From: Mobula hypostoma
Taxonomy: Eukaryota
Length of the DNA stretch: 64,000 bases
Direction of reading: 5' to 3'
Assembly: GCF_963921235.1 (NCBI RefSeq)
Contig: NC_086124.1
Location: forward strand, 27,838,001-27,902,000
The first letter of the stretch is position 1; each line of letters opens with the position of its first letter. Below are positions 24,601 through 35,813 of the stretch, piece after piece. The notes below the pieces were generated by a model. It saw nothing but the letters and a program-made list of their open reading frames with translations, was not told where the DNA came from and ran no database searches. The position numbers and the translations under genes were made by a program.

Positions 24601-27452
24601 TACCACTGGCAGTTAGTTTCTCTCCCAGGGCTCCATTAGGTGGCTGATGTGAACGTTGATTGTCAAAGTGGGTCCAATGGCAGATGATCAGCGAGAAACC
24701 ACTTCACCTGCCTGCAGCAAAATGTTTCGGGCTGCTTTATTTCTATGCAGTAATACTGAATTTCAAAAGTAATTTTTATATCATTGGCGTTGCTAACGGG
24801 AATTACATGGACTTGGTTCACTATCTTCCCAATATGGTTGTGTTGCCGGCAGTGAGTTGGCAATCTCAGAGAACAGTGGATCATTTACTCTTCTTGCTGC
24901 TGCTGTCAGGAAGAGATACAGGAGCCTCAGGACTGACACCACCATATTCAGGAATAGTTGTTGGCTATCAACCATCAGGTTCTTGAATCACTGGTAATAA
25001 TTTCACTTGCCCCATCACTGAAATGTTCCCACACCTATGGACTCACTTTCCAGGACTCTTCATCTCATGTTCTCGATATGTGTTGATTATTTATTTCTTG
25101 TTGTTATTTTTTACCTTTTGTATTTGCACAGTTTGCCGTGTTTTACAGACAGGTTGTTTGTCCACCCTGTTGGGTGTGGTCTTCCATTGATTCATTTATG
25201 GTTATTGGATTTACCAAGCATGCCCACAAGAAATCAAATTCCAGGGCTGTATATAGTGAAATATATGTGCTTTGCTAATAAATTTACTTTGAACTCCAGA
25301 AGTTTGCATCTATGACTGATACGAATTAATAGATAATAATCATCATCTAATGCAACTGACAAAAAAAAATCTTCAACTTATTCTTTTAGAAATCGGTGAG
25401 CTCTATCTGTACTTAGAGAAACCAGCTGTCTTCGGGGAGGTAAACACTTTGACCTGTTTCATCAGCGGCTTTTTCCCACCAACCGTAATGGTAACGTTAC
25501 AGAAGAACGCACAGCCTGTCAATGGCGAAGTTAACTCCTCACACCTCTCATTTGGCAAAGATTGGCGATTTCAAGTGCTCCACTACACATACATCCAGCC
25601 AGCAGAAGGTGACATATACTCCTGTAGAGTGCTCCATAACATCAGCAAAGAGGAAAAAGTAATTTACTGGGGTAAGAGAATGTTATGGTTGTTATTCTAT
25701 AGATTTATTGAGTATGTCCACAGGAAAACAATAGGTACTTTGATGCTAAAGTTACTTTTTGAACTTTGAAAATACTCTGGGGTAAGTGATACAGGGCAGC
25801 AGAGTAGCATGGCAGTTAGTGCCGTGGTTTACAACACCAAATGTAAGATCAAGGTTTGATTCCTACTGCGGACTGTGAGGAGTTTCTACGTTCTCTCCGT
25901 GACCGCATAGGTTTTGTCCAGGCACACTGCTTTCCTCCCATGTTTCAAAGATGTATGGGTTAAGGTTAATGAGTTGTGGGTTGCTATGTTGGCACCAGAA
26001 GTGTGGCAGCATTTGCGAGCTGCCCTCAGCACGATCCTCACTGTTATGATTGGGTGCATTTATCTGTATGTTTTGATCTTTCAACGTACACATGGCAAAT
26101 AAAGCTTATCTCTGAAATCCAGCTCATTGCCTGCAGTGCTGACTGACAGCATTTTCCAGTGGAAGTGTTGTTGAGATCAGGAGCTTAGCAAATACAAAGA
26201 CAAGCTTCCCTTTGCGCATTTCAGCTAGTGTTGTACCACTCCAACCCAATCTGGAGCCGAGCCATAGATTCACTAATGAGGGGTAGTGCTGAAGCACTCC
26301 AACTGGATGAGATTGTTTTTAACCCTCGTGTTGCTCTGTTAGGTCAGTGAGAGGAAAACCAGCTCATGTTCCTGTTTACACTCAGTATCCAGCAATTCCC
26401 AGTGGAACGTGAGGATGCAATGTGACTATTTCGGTTTTATCTTGATCAATCCTGCTGCCAATATTGATACAGCACAGAATAGACCCTTCCAGCTGCACCA
26501 CCCAGCAACTCCCAAGTTTAACACTAGCCTAATCACAGGACAATTTATAATGACCAATTAACCCATCAACTAATACGCCATTGAACTGTGGGAGGAAACC
26601 GGAGCACTTGGTGGAAACCCATGTGGTAATAAGGAGAACATACAAACGACTTGCATACAGCTGCAGGAATTGAACCCAGTCACTGGTACTGTATGGTGCT
26701 AACCTCTGCACTACAGTGTTTTCATTTACTGATAGCCATTTAGTCATATAGTCATGGAAAAGTACAGCACAGAAGTAGGACATTTGCCCCACCTAGTCCA
26801 TGCCAAACAATTTAAACTGCCTACTCCCCTCGACCATAGCCCTCCAAACCCCTACATCCATATACCTATCCAAACTTCTCTTAAACGTTGAAATCAAGCT
26901 TGCATGCACCACATCTGCTAACAGCTCATTCCACACTCTCACAATCATCTGAGCGAAGTAGTTTCCCCTCATCTTCCCCTTAAACTTTTCACCTTTCACC
27001 CTTCACCCATGACCTCTAGTTGCAGCGCCACTCAACCTCGGTGGAAAAAGCCTATCTATACCCCTCATGATTTTGTATCTAAAATCAGTCTAGGGCTGAT
27101 CCTAGGAAAACTTTGGACACCTGGAACCTTTGCAACACCTGCTTCACTATTGGAAAGTATATTCAGCTGAGAAAGGGAAACAGGGAAGAGGACAATTTAG
27201 TTTCGCCAGCTCATCTTTGTTCAAACTGATTTAAAAACTAGTTCCCCGTTCAAAATATGAGTGTGTGCTTTGTTCACAGAACCAGAAGAACAAAGTCGTG
27301 CTGAAGGACTGGATACAAGCCAGATTGCTGTTTTGATCTGTGGGCTGATTATAGGAATACTTGGCACAGCAGCTGGACTCTACTTATGTTTTCAGTTGCG
27401 ACTGTCTGGCTGTGACTCTTGGACAGTCCGGATCAATCCCCCTTCTCAATAA
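15480..27452 (+). CDS. WA: MHC W-category-type alpha chain gene; spliced CDS join(15480..15555,23506..23769,25390..25671,27280..27452), 795 nt, 264 aa
   Basis: Four exons, all phase-1 junctions with GT/AG sites, splice into one open frame: leader, alpha1, Ig-C1 alpha2, CP/TM/cytoplasmic. alpha2 carries B2M-type residues (VTLQKN with Leu at the usual Ig Trp, LSFGKDWRF, YSCRVLH, terminal YW). TM has the class II alpha GxxxGxxGxxxG motif. MHC class II-type alpha chain is near certain; the W-category label rests on the by-eye motif match. Confidence 0.85.
18350..18845 (-). mobile_element. L1-clade LINE 3' end
   Basis: Minus strand LEKIRS...KRWGSF-type ORF2 C-terminus followed by a long T-rich 3' UTR. 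Confidence 0.6.
19665..20745. repeat. Degenerate ~61-bp tandem array in intron 1, interrupted by a Penelope terminal-repeat fragment (about 20290-20440)
   Basis: Recurring gtgtgtcctacccttgtacaccgaggtccctct words at about 61-nt spacing (e.g. 19783/19843, 19961/20022). Confidence 0.75.
20868..23408 (+). mobile_element. 5'-truncated young CR1 LINE in intron 1 (endonuclease tail plus RT, one +1 frameshift)
   Basis: ORFs 20872-21963 and 22016-23302 are broken by one extra T in the homopolymer of VTPLFKKG (about 21956-21961); (tttctatg)n tail ends about 100 nt before exon 2. Confidence 0.95.
23506..23769 (+). CDS. WA: alpha-chain exon 2, alpha1 (peptide-binding-type) domain
   Basis: Acceptor tttttatcctttcag|, donor G|GTGAGT, 264 nt, phase 1-1. 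ETDTLEVTIFFTDDLSLPDGAAELKIQDRSIGYYDTT...LAEQLMDQAKLLTNNSLPPN: strand-then-helix pattern with a C-terminal NNS sequon where class II alpha1 has its N78 glycan. Confidence 0.85.
25390..25671 (+). CDS. WA: alpha-chain exon 3, Ig C1-set alpha2 domain, beta-2-microglobulin-like
   Basis: Acceptor ttcttttag|, donor G|GTAAGA, 282 nt. NTLTCFISGFFPP...YSCRVLH Cys pair; SHLSFGKDWRFQVLHYTYIQPAEGDIYSCRV resembles B2M [31 protein letters not shown]. Confidence 0.93.
25793..26110 (+). mobile_element. tRNA-derived SINE in intron 3 (related copy on - at about 26500-26710)
   Basis: A-box-like tagcatggcagttag and B-box-like ggtttgattcc, then body and A-rich end. Confidence 0.55.
27280..27452 (+). CDS. WA: alpha-chain exon 4, connecting peptide/TM/cytoplasmic tail with stop
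   Basis: Acceptor tgctttgttcacag|; EPEEQSRAEGLDTSQIAVLICGLIIGILGTAAGLYLCFQLRLSGCDSWTVRINPPSQ*; G-LII-G-IL-G-TAA-G matches the class II alpha TM glycine motif. Confidence 0.88.
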
Positions 27453-28837
27453 GAAATGAATCTGCAATGTTTCACAGTCGTCTGTACCTTGCTCTGTCAC
27501 AATTAGGTGCACTCAGATTTGTAAATATCATTCTCTTCCGTCTTAAGCTGTTGATTTTAAATATCATGTTCCGATTCTGAAATTCTGTATTTCATCTGTC
27601 AGTTGTCCATTTACATGCTTAATACTACAGCAATCTCCTTCAGATAGACAAGGTCACAGGCAGGTCGGGTCATAAAATGGATGGCACATTCGCTTTTATA
27701 AATCAAAGTATTCAGTACAGGAGTTGCGATGTTATGTTGAAGTTGTACAATACACCGGTGAAGCCTAATTTGGGAGCATTGTGTTCAGTTCTGGTCACCT
27801 ACCTACAGAAAAGATTTCAATAAGATTGAAAGAATGCAAAGAGAATTTACAAGGATGTTGCTGGAAGTTGCAGGCCTGAATTAGAGGAAAGGTTGAGTAG
27901 GTTAAGACTGTATTCCCTGGAGCACAGGAAACCAAAGGAGTTTTGATAGAGCTGTACAAAGATATGAGGGGTGTAGATAAGGTAATTGCAAGCAGGCCTT
28001 TTCCACTGAGGTTGGGTAAGGCTAGAACTAGAGTTCATGGCTTAAAGGTGGAAGTGAAATGTTAGGGGAATTAATTTGCTAAGGAATTTCAATTCAAGTT
28101 GGTTCACAAATACATTGGACACGGACTTCAAAGTGACTCGAGAATATCTTTATTCATGAATAAGGAAGAATGATTTGCTAACAGTGAGATCGCCAAGTTT
28201 TCTAAAGAAAAATAGTCATAGCCTTTTTTATACTTACACACAGAAAGTCAATTACATCAAAGTTAAAGAAAGTTCAATTCTGCCGAAGGGTCTGGGCCCA
28301 AAGCATCGACTGTCCCTTTTTTTATAGATGCTGCCTGGCCTGCTGAGTTCCTCCAGCATTTTGTGGATTATTGCAAGCGTGATGAGAGCCGGGTGGCCCT
28401 ACCAACACCTTCCCCACTCCCACAGAGGGGTCACCCTGGAATCATTGTCTACAGCCATAGTCTCTTCACCGATGGAAGGGACGACAACTACAACTAAATG
28501 CAATAAGGCTTGTTACTGGGCAAAAGTGAAATTTGCTGTTACCTTATTTGTTTGCCTTTACTTTTGCCATGTCTTTCTGTGTTATTTTGCTGTATTTAAC
28601 ATGTGCAATAAAATGAGTTACTGGGCAAAAGTGATTTTATTTTTACATGAGTAAAAGTGAAACTTACAATTTTCCTTTTTTGGCCTTAACATTTTCATGT
28701 CTAAGACAGGTGGCGTTGTGGATAATGAAGTAGGCTTTCAAAGCTTGCAGAGAGATTTAGGCCAGTTAGAAGAGTGGGCTGAAAGATGGCAAATGGAGTT
28801 TAATGTTGATAAGTGTGAGGTCATACATTTTGGTAGG

Positions 28838-31800
28838 TGTTACATAACCGGCAACAATGAATATCAATCGAGACAGGTTATATAAAAACAACCAAACATT
28901 TATTAAACATGGTTAAACGATAAACAAAAAAAAAACAAACGAAAACCTTAACCGGAAGTTAACCATTATGCAGCCGTTCAACAACTCGTCACTCGGCACT
29001 GGTTCTTAAAGTGTTAAATGCAAAAACAGTTTTTAAAGCGATTAAGTCAGATATAGTTCTTAAAATGGTAACTTCGAAAGTCCAACAGATCTATACGTTC
29101 AATTGGGAGAGACTTCTCTGGAGAAGGATTTCTTCATAGACGCGACTTTCCTGCTGGTTCTGTCCACAGGATTCATGATGCAGTAAATAAACAGTTTAAA
29201 ACAACTGACCTTAAATTCTTTTGGAGAGAGCAAACCTTTGCATGAACTCTTTTCTCTTTTGGCAAGAGTTATCTTTAATGCAGGTCGCTACTCCTCCAAC
29301 AAAGACTCAATAAGGTCGATCCTTTGTTAAACTGCCGAACGATGCTGACTCCTCTCAATCCTTCGGTCCTGTACTTTGATAAAGTCTTCAGTCTCCCTTC
29401 TGCTGCTGGAATAAGGTAAATCAGCACATCTAGCAAAAATTTCCGGTCCAGAAATATTGTACCTTGCAACAGAATGCAACACTCCGTTTTAAAAATGAAA
29501 CTGCGTCGCAAAAACAAACACGCAACAGAAACGGAGACACAGCATGTTCTACCTGGAAATCTACAAACTAAAAACTAACTGCGTCATCTGGGGTTTCCCT
29601 TATATACTCAAGGTGCACGTCAGCATGTGACCTCACATCGGCGGGAAAATCACATCAGGTGACCTCCAAAAGACCATTAGATCATTCTCACAAAAAAAAA
29701 GATCTCCTTGAGGCATGTAACACCTCCCTCCAAAAAAAATTGGTCTCTTAAAGAACAAAATTTTAACAATTTATACAAAAAAAAATACAAAGGTATAAAA
29801 TTTACGAAGTACACAATATATACAGTCCTATCTTTCAGCCCTATACACTAATGTACAGTAGGAGTGTTACAAATGTTAAAATATCACTCCATAAAAAAAA
29901 ATTTTCATTGTACATTTAACATCTGGACAGACAATCAGCGATCACATTATCTTTACCCTTAATATGAGTGATCAAAATAATGTACTCCTGTAACATCAGA
30001 CTCCAATTTAATAATCTTCTATTTTTGTTTTTCATCTTGCTCAAAAACACTAATGGATTGTGATCGGTATAAACTGTGAGTGGTTTATGAGCAGAACCAA
30101 CATATACTTCAAAATGTTGTAAAGCCAAAACAAGAGATAACAATTCTTTTTCTATTGTTGAATAATTTCTTTGATGAGCATTAAATTTCTTAGAAAAATA
30201 AGCTACCGGACGATCAACTTCATCACCATCATCTTTTTGAAGTAACACTGCTCCTGCAGCTTCATCACTAGCATCTACAGCTAACAAAAATGGTTTTTCA
30301 AAGTCAGGAGATTTAAGTACAGGTTGACTACATATTATAGCTTTCAATTTATCAAATGCCTCCTGACAAGGCTCTGTCCAAACAAACTTCATTTTTCTTC
30401 AAGAGATTTAGTTAATGGAAGAGCAACGTTTGCAAAATCCTTACAAAATTTTCTGTAATATCCTACCATACCCAAGAATCTTCTGAGAGTTTTTCTACCA
30501 GTTGGAGTGGGTACTTCTAAAATTGCCTGAACTTTTGCTTGAACAGGTGCTAGTTTTCCCTGACCCACAACATAACCAAGGTAAGTCACTGTGGCATGAC
30601 CAAATTCACTTTTAGCTAAGTTAATAGTTAAGTTAGCTTTTGAAAATCTCTCAAATAATTTCTCCACCGCAGTAATATGTGCTTTCCACGTATTATTTCC
30701 AGGAACTAAATAATCAATATAAGCATCTGTATCTTTTAATCCCTGAATCATGCTATTAATCATCCTCTGAAAAGTACCTGGTGCATTCTTCATCCCAAAT
30801 GGAAGAACATTGTATTCATATAACCCAGATGGGGTTACAAATACTGAAATCTCTCTACCTCTATCCGTCAATGGAACACACCAATAACTTTTTAACAAAT
30901 CAATTTTGGTAAGGAATTTGGCCTGTCCAACTTTATCCACACAATCATCTACCCTGTGGATTGGATATGCATCAGTTTTTGTCACAGCATTCACCTTTCT
31001 GTAATCCGTACAAAACCTAATACTATTGTCTGGCTTAGGCACCATAACACACGGTGAACTCCAATTCGAATTAGAATGTCTAATAATATCATTCTCTAAC
31101 ATATACTTAATTTCTTGTTCAGCAAGTTCACATTTTTCCCTGTTCATTCGATATGGATGTTGTTTTATGGGTTTTGCATCTCCAACATCTACATCATGCG
31201 TAGCTACGGTGGTTCTTCTAGGGACATCTGGAAACAAATCTCCATATTTAAAAATTAACTGTTTCATCTGCTCTGGCTGTAAATCAGCTAATTTTTCATC
31301 AATACTTTCCAGAATTTTTGAATTTGGTAACCTGGCTGAAATAATGTTGGGTTTAAAATGAGTTTCAGATGAATCCCCCATTAAGTTTTTATCAAGATCA
31401 GACTCATTATTGATCACAACAGTCATAGTAGCAACTTATCTCTGATAATACAGTTTTATCATATTTATATGACACAGCTGTGTTGTCTTTCTCTGATCTG
31501 GGGTTTTTACCACGTAATCTACATCATTTACCTTAGATTTAATCTCATAAGGACCATGAAATTTGGCTTGTAATAGGTTCATTTGCACTGGGAAAAGAAC
31601 CAAAACCTTATCTCCAGGCTTAAATGATCTCATCTTAGCTTCCTTATCATACTAAGTCTTCATCTTCTCTTGAACTAATTTAAAATTTTCCTTGGCCAAG
31701 CTACAAACTTTATACAATCTTTCTTAAAATTTCAAAACATAATCTAGCAAATTAGTCTGTACTTTATTAATCCACTGTTCCTTCAATAAGGCCAAAGGTC

Positions 31801-34609
31801 CTCGAACTCTATGCCCAAACACAAGTTCAAAAGGACTAAAACCTAATGATTCCTGCAAAAAGTAGTAAATGTATACCTTCATTCCAGTCCTTTTCATTTT
31901 CCACACAATATGTCCTAATCATAGTTTTTAGTGTAGAATGAAATCTCCCCAAGGCTTCTTGTGATTTGGGATGATAGGCTGAGGAAATAATCTGTTTTCC
32001 TCCCAGTTTACAAACTATCGGCTGAAACAACCCGGACATAAAATTACTACCTTGATCTGATTGTATTTCCTTAGGCAACCCAAAATAAGTAAAGAATTTT
32101 ATAAGAGCCTTTGTCACAGTTTTGGCTGTTATATTCCTAAGAGGTACTGCCTCTGGAAACCAAGATGCTGTGTACATAATAGTTAATAAATATTGATGTC
32201 CAGTTTTAGTTTTTGGCAAAGGATCTACACAGTCTACAATGATTTTTGAGAACGGCTCACTGAATACTGGAATAGGTTGCAGTGGGGCCACTGGAGTAAC
32301 CTGATTAGGTTTACCCACAATTTGACACATCTGACACGTTCTACAAAATGTCGCCACATCTTGTCTTAAACTAGGCCAATAAAAATGTTTAGAAACTTTG
32401 TTCATAGTTTTGTTTACACCTAAATGACCACCCAAAGGAATACTATGAGCTATAGTTAAAATCTCATTTTGGTAAATTTTAGGAATTATTACGTGATGAT
32501 TAACTTCCCATTCCTCACTAGCAGGAATTGTAGGCAATGTCCACTTTCTCATTTATACCCCCTTTTCAAAATAATATCCTCCTGGTACTTTTCCAATTTC
32601 ACTATCTGGAAGAGCTTGTTCTTTTAATTTAACTATCTCAGGATCTCTATCCTGCTCTGCTATCATCTCCTTCCGAGATAAAGACAAATCTTCCTGGTCA
32701 GACTTACCACCAAGATCCTGATCAAATGATGTAGGTAAGAAAGTTTCTGATACATCCACAAAATTCGAATCTTGATTTGAGCCGTCATGGCTAACAACCT
32801 CATCCTTTACATCAGTCTTTTTAGCCATAGCTCTTGTCACAACACAGGAAGAATCTGTGTTAGAATCCCTCTGTGGTTCCTCAGAATTTGAATTTATTGT
32901 CAAATGCATTTCAGGAAAAACTTGTCCACCTGCTAAATCATTCCCTAACAAAAAAGAAACATCATTCACAGGTAAACTGGATTGTAATCCTACTTTAACA
33001 ACCCTGTAACTAATCCCGATCTTAAATTTACTCTATGTAAATGTACTGGCATAAGGGCACTCCCTACTCCTCTTATATAATTTACCTCATCAGGGTCAGA
33101 CTCATCACTAAACCTTAGCACACCGTCTAATATTAGTGATTGAGAAGCTCCAGTATCTCTAAGTATTCTTATTGGTACTGAATTGGATCCTTCGTTCAAG
33201 GATACAAATCCTTCTGTTATAAAAGTTTCATATTCCTTCTTAACTTGGTCAGACTCTGACACATCTTCATTAGTATTTTCTGAACCCTGTGGCTTCACAG
33301 GTTTTTCCAATATGCTGCACACAAGCATCTGGGACCACTTCTTTCTCTTTCCTTTTCAATTGGAAGTAATCAGCCATGTTTCTTACAATAATTCATAATA
33401 ATAACAAAATGTCTTTCCTTCACATGTCTCCCTTCATCCTTACTTTTCTCACTAACTTCAGGTTTAATTTCTGGTTAACCTTGACTCTCTGTGCTATTTT
33501 TCCTTTTAAAAATTTTACCTGGAGAAAATTTATTCTTGTGAGTTAAAACATACTCATCAGCTAATTTAGCAATCTCCTGCAATGTAGCAGTGTCCCATTC
33601 ATTTAAATATGTCTCACTTCAACAGGAATGCTTCTTTTAAATTCCTCCTGCAAAATCAGCTCTTTTAATTTATTATACTCCCCATTCACAGTTTTAGAGG
33701 AAACCCATCTCTCAAAACACACAGATTTCTCATAGGCAAATTCCACATAAGTTTTTTCCACCAATTTCTTCAAACTCCTGAATCTTTCTCGATACGCCTT
33801 CAGAACCATCTCGTATGCCTTTAATATATGCTGCTTAACAATATCATAATCCAGTGCTTGCTCAGCATCTAAAGCCGTATAAACTTGTTGTGCCTTGCCT
33901 TTAGTTACACTTTGTAACATCACTGGCCATTGGTCTCTCGGCCACTTTAAACCCAGAGCAACAATTTCGAAATGCTGGAAATATTTGTCCACTTCAGCTT
34001 CATTAAATGGAGGAGCCAAAATAACCTCACGACTAGCAATAAACTGTTTCGTAGAACCAGAAGACTGATTACCGGACTTTAATTTCTGCATCTCTAGCTC
34101 AAATTTCCTGTGGTTTTCAGCCTCTCTTTCTTCGAATTCCCTTATTTTATTAGCCTCTCTTTTGGCCATTTCCGCTTTAAAATGTTCAAACATTAACTGT
34201 TCAAGATATAACTGCATTTCCAGATTACTCACTGGAAACTTATCTAACACCTCCTCATCAAATAATTTCAAATTAATATAATGCTCAGCAATTATTCTTT
34301 GTATGAAAGCCTTGGTGGAATTTTTCGTAATTCCTTTAATATCCAACTTCCTAGCAATCTCCAATACCTCAGGTTTTCTCGCATTCTCTAAAGACTCCAA
34401 GTTAGGCGTGTCCAAAAACCTGTCAATATCCATTGTTGCCGAATACTACTCACACCAATCAAACCAAAAAAAATTGGATATTTCCCTTTTCCAAATCAAA
34501 ATGGCAATTACCAGCACTTAAACTCAAATCTGGAACATCCCGGACGAGCCCCCACAGATTATGTTATGTAACCGGCAACAATGAATATCAATCAAGACAG
34601 GTTATATAA
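28838..34609 (-). mobile_element. Gmr1-like Gypsy LTR retrotransposon (gag-PR-IN-RT-RH order), decayed, 5' LTR truncated
   Basis: 3' LTR 28838-29722 (TGTTAC...GTAACA) with adjacent PPT; 48-bp 5' LTR remnant 34562-34609; PBS TGGGGGCTCGTCCGGGAT (tRNA-Pro) at 34537-34554; gag 33603-34433, protease LRDTGASQS, integrase 31436-32552, RT 30389-31426, RNase H 29916-30392. Confidence 0.93.
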
Positions 34610-35155
34610 GGCCAAATTTGGAGTATTGTGTACAGTTCTGGTCCCCGAATTATAGGAAAGATGTCAACAAAATAGAGAGAGTACAGAGAAGATTTACTGG
34701 AATGTTACCTGGGTTTCAGCACCTAAGTTACAGAGAAAGGTTGAGCAAGTTGGGTCTTTATTCTTTGGAGCGTAGAAGGTTGAGGGGGGCTTGGTAGAGG
34801 TATTTAAAATTATGAGGGGGATAGATAGAGTTAATGTGGATAGGCTTTTTCCATTGAGAGTAGGGGAGATTCAAACAAGAGGACATGAGTTGAGAGTTGG
34901 GGGGCAAAAGTTTAGGGGTAACACGAGGGGGAACTCTTTACTCAGAGAGTGGTAGCTGTGCGGAATGAGCTTCCAGTAGACGTGGTAGAAGCAGGCTCGA
35001 TATTGTCATTTAAAGTAAAATTGGATAGCTATATGGACAGGAAAGGAGTGGAGGGTTATGGGCTGGGTGCAGATCAGTGGGACTAGGTGAGAGTAAGCAT
35101 CTGGCACGGACCAGAAGGGCCAAGATGGCCTGTTTCCGTGCTGTAATTGTTATAT
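34610..35155 (+). mobile_element. CR1 3' fragment; its 5' part is at 28696-28837 on the other side of the Gypsy element
   Basis: Left piece ends at VIHFGR, right piece resumes at RPNLEYCVQFWSP. Confidence 0.85.
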
Positions 35156-35813
35156 GTCTATCCCAAACATAAGCTACTACTTAAAAATGACATTTTGGAA
35201 GTAATGACAATTGCATCTATTGAATGTTTGCACAAGCAGTACATTAATAAAGCACCTTGTTAAAAATGGGTTAAATTCACAGGGTCCTCCCTACAATTTA
35301 TGAGCTTCACTGTCTTGTTTACACAGCTGTGTTATGCACTAAGGCCAGCACTAGGCATATTGCTAGTTAAAGGAAGGTGCAGGGTTTTAACTCAGATAAC
35401 CCTTTATTCAAAATTTTCTTCCACACTCTCCAACCTATGTTTGCCCCTTTGCTCTGCTGTGCAAACCACTTCCTTACCACCAATTCCTCTTTTCACTTCT
35501 CTTTGTAAAGTAAATGAGCATTTCTTTACATACCATTACCGTTGTTGTAAATTAAGTCTAATCATTAAATCAGTGGATTCGCTGTAAATCTGCATTGTTT
35601 GTGGAGAATAAAATGTTTGCACACCATCTGCAATTCCTCCCTTTTGCAGCTAATTCCTCTCTGTAAAACACCACTTCTGTTCTCGGGGCAGCTGGTAATA
35701 ATTACCCTCTTCCTCAGTAGCTTTTAGATGAGTCAAATAGTACGTTCTCTTGCACTTCAGACAAATGTGACTCCTTCTGAGTTTTTAGTGCTTGACTCTT
35801 GCCAAATGATCAT

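Noticed and set aside
25390-25671. Stand-alone beta-2-microglobulin gene
   Set aside because: It splices in frame to an alpha1 exon upstream and a TM exon downstream; B2M has neither.
15480-27452. Classical MHC class II alpha
   Set aside because: Lacks the C-strand Trp of class II alpha2, has the B2M-type LSFxKDW loop, and lacks the alpha1 N/N/R anchors. Not formally excluded without a tree.
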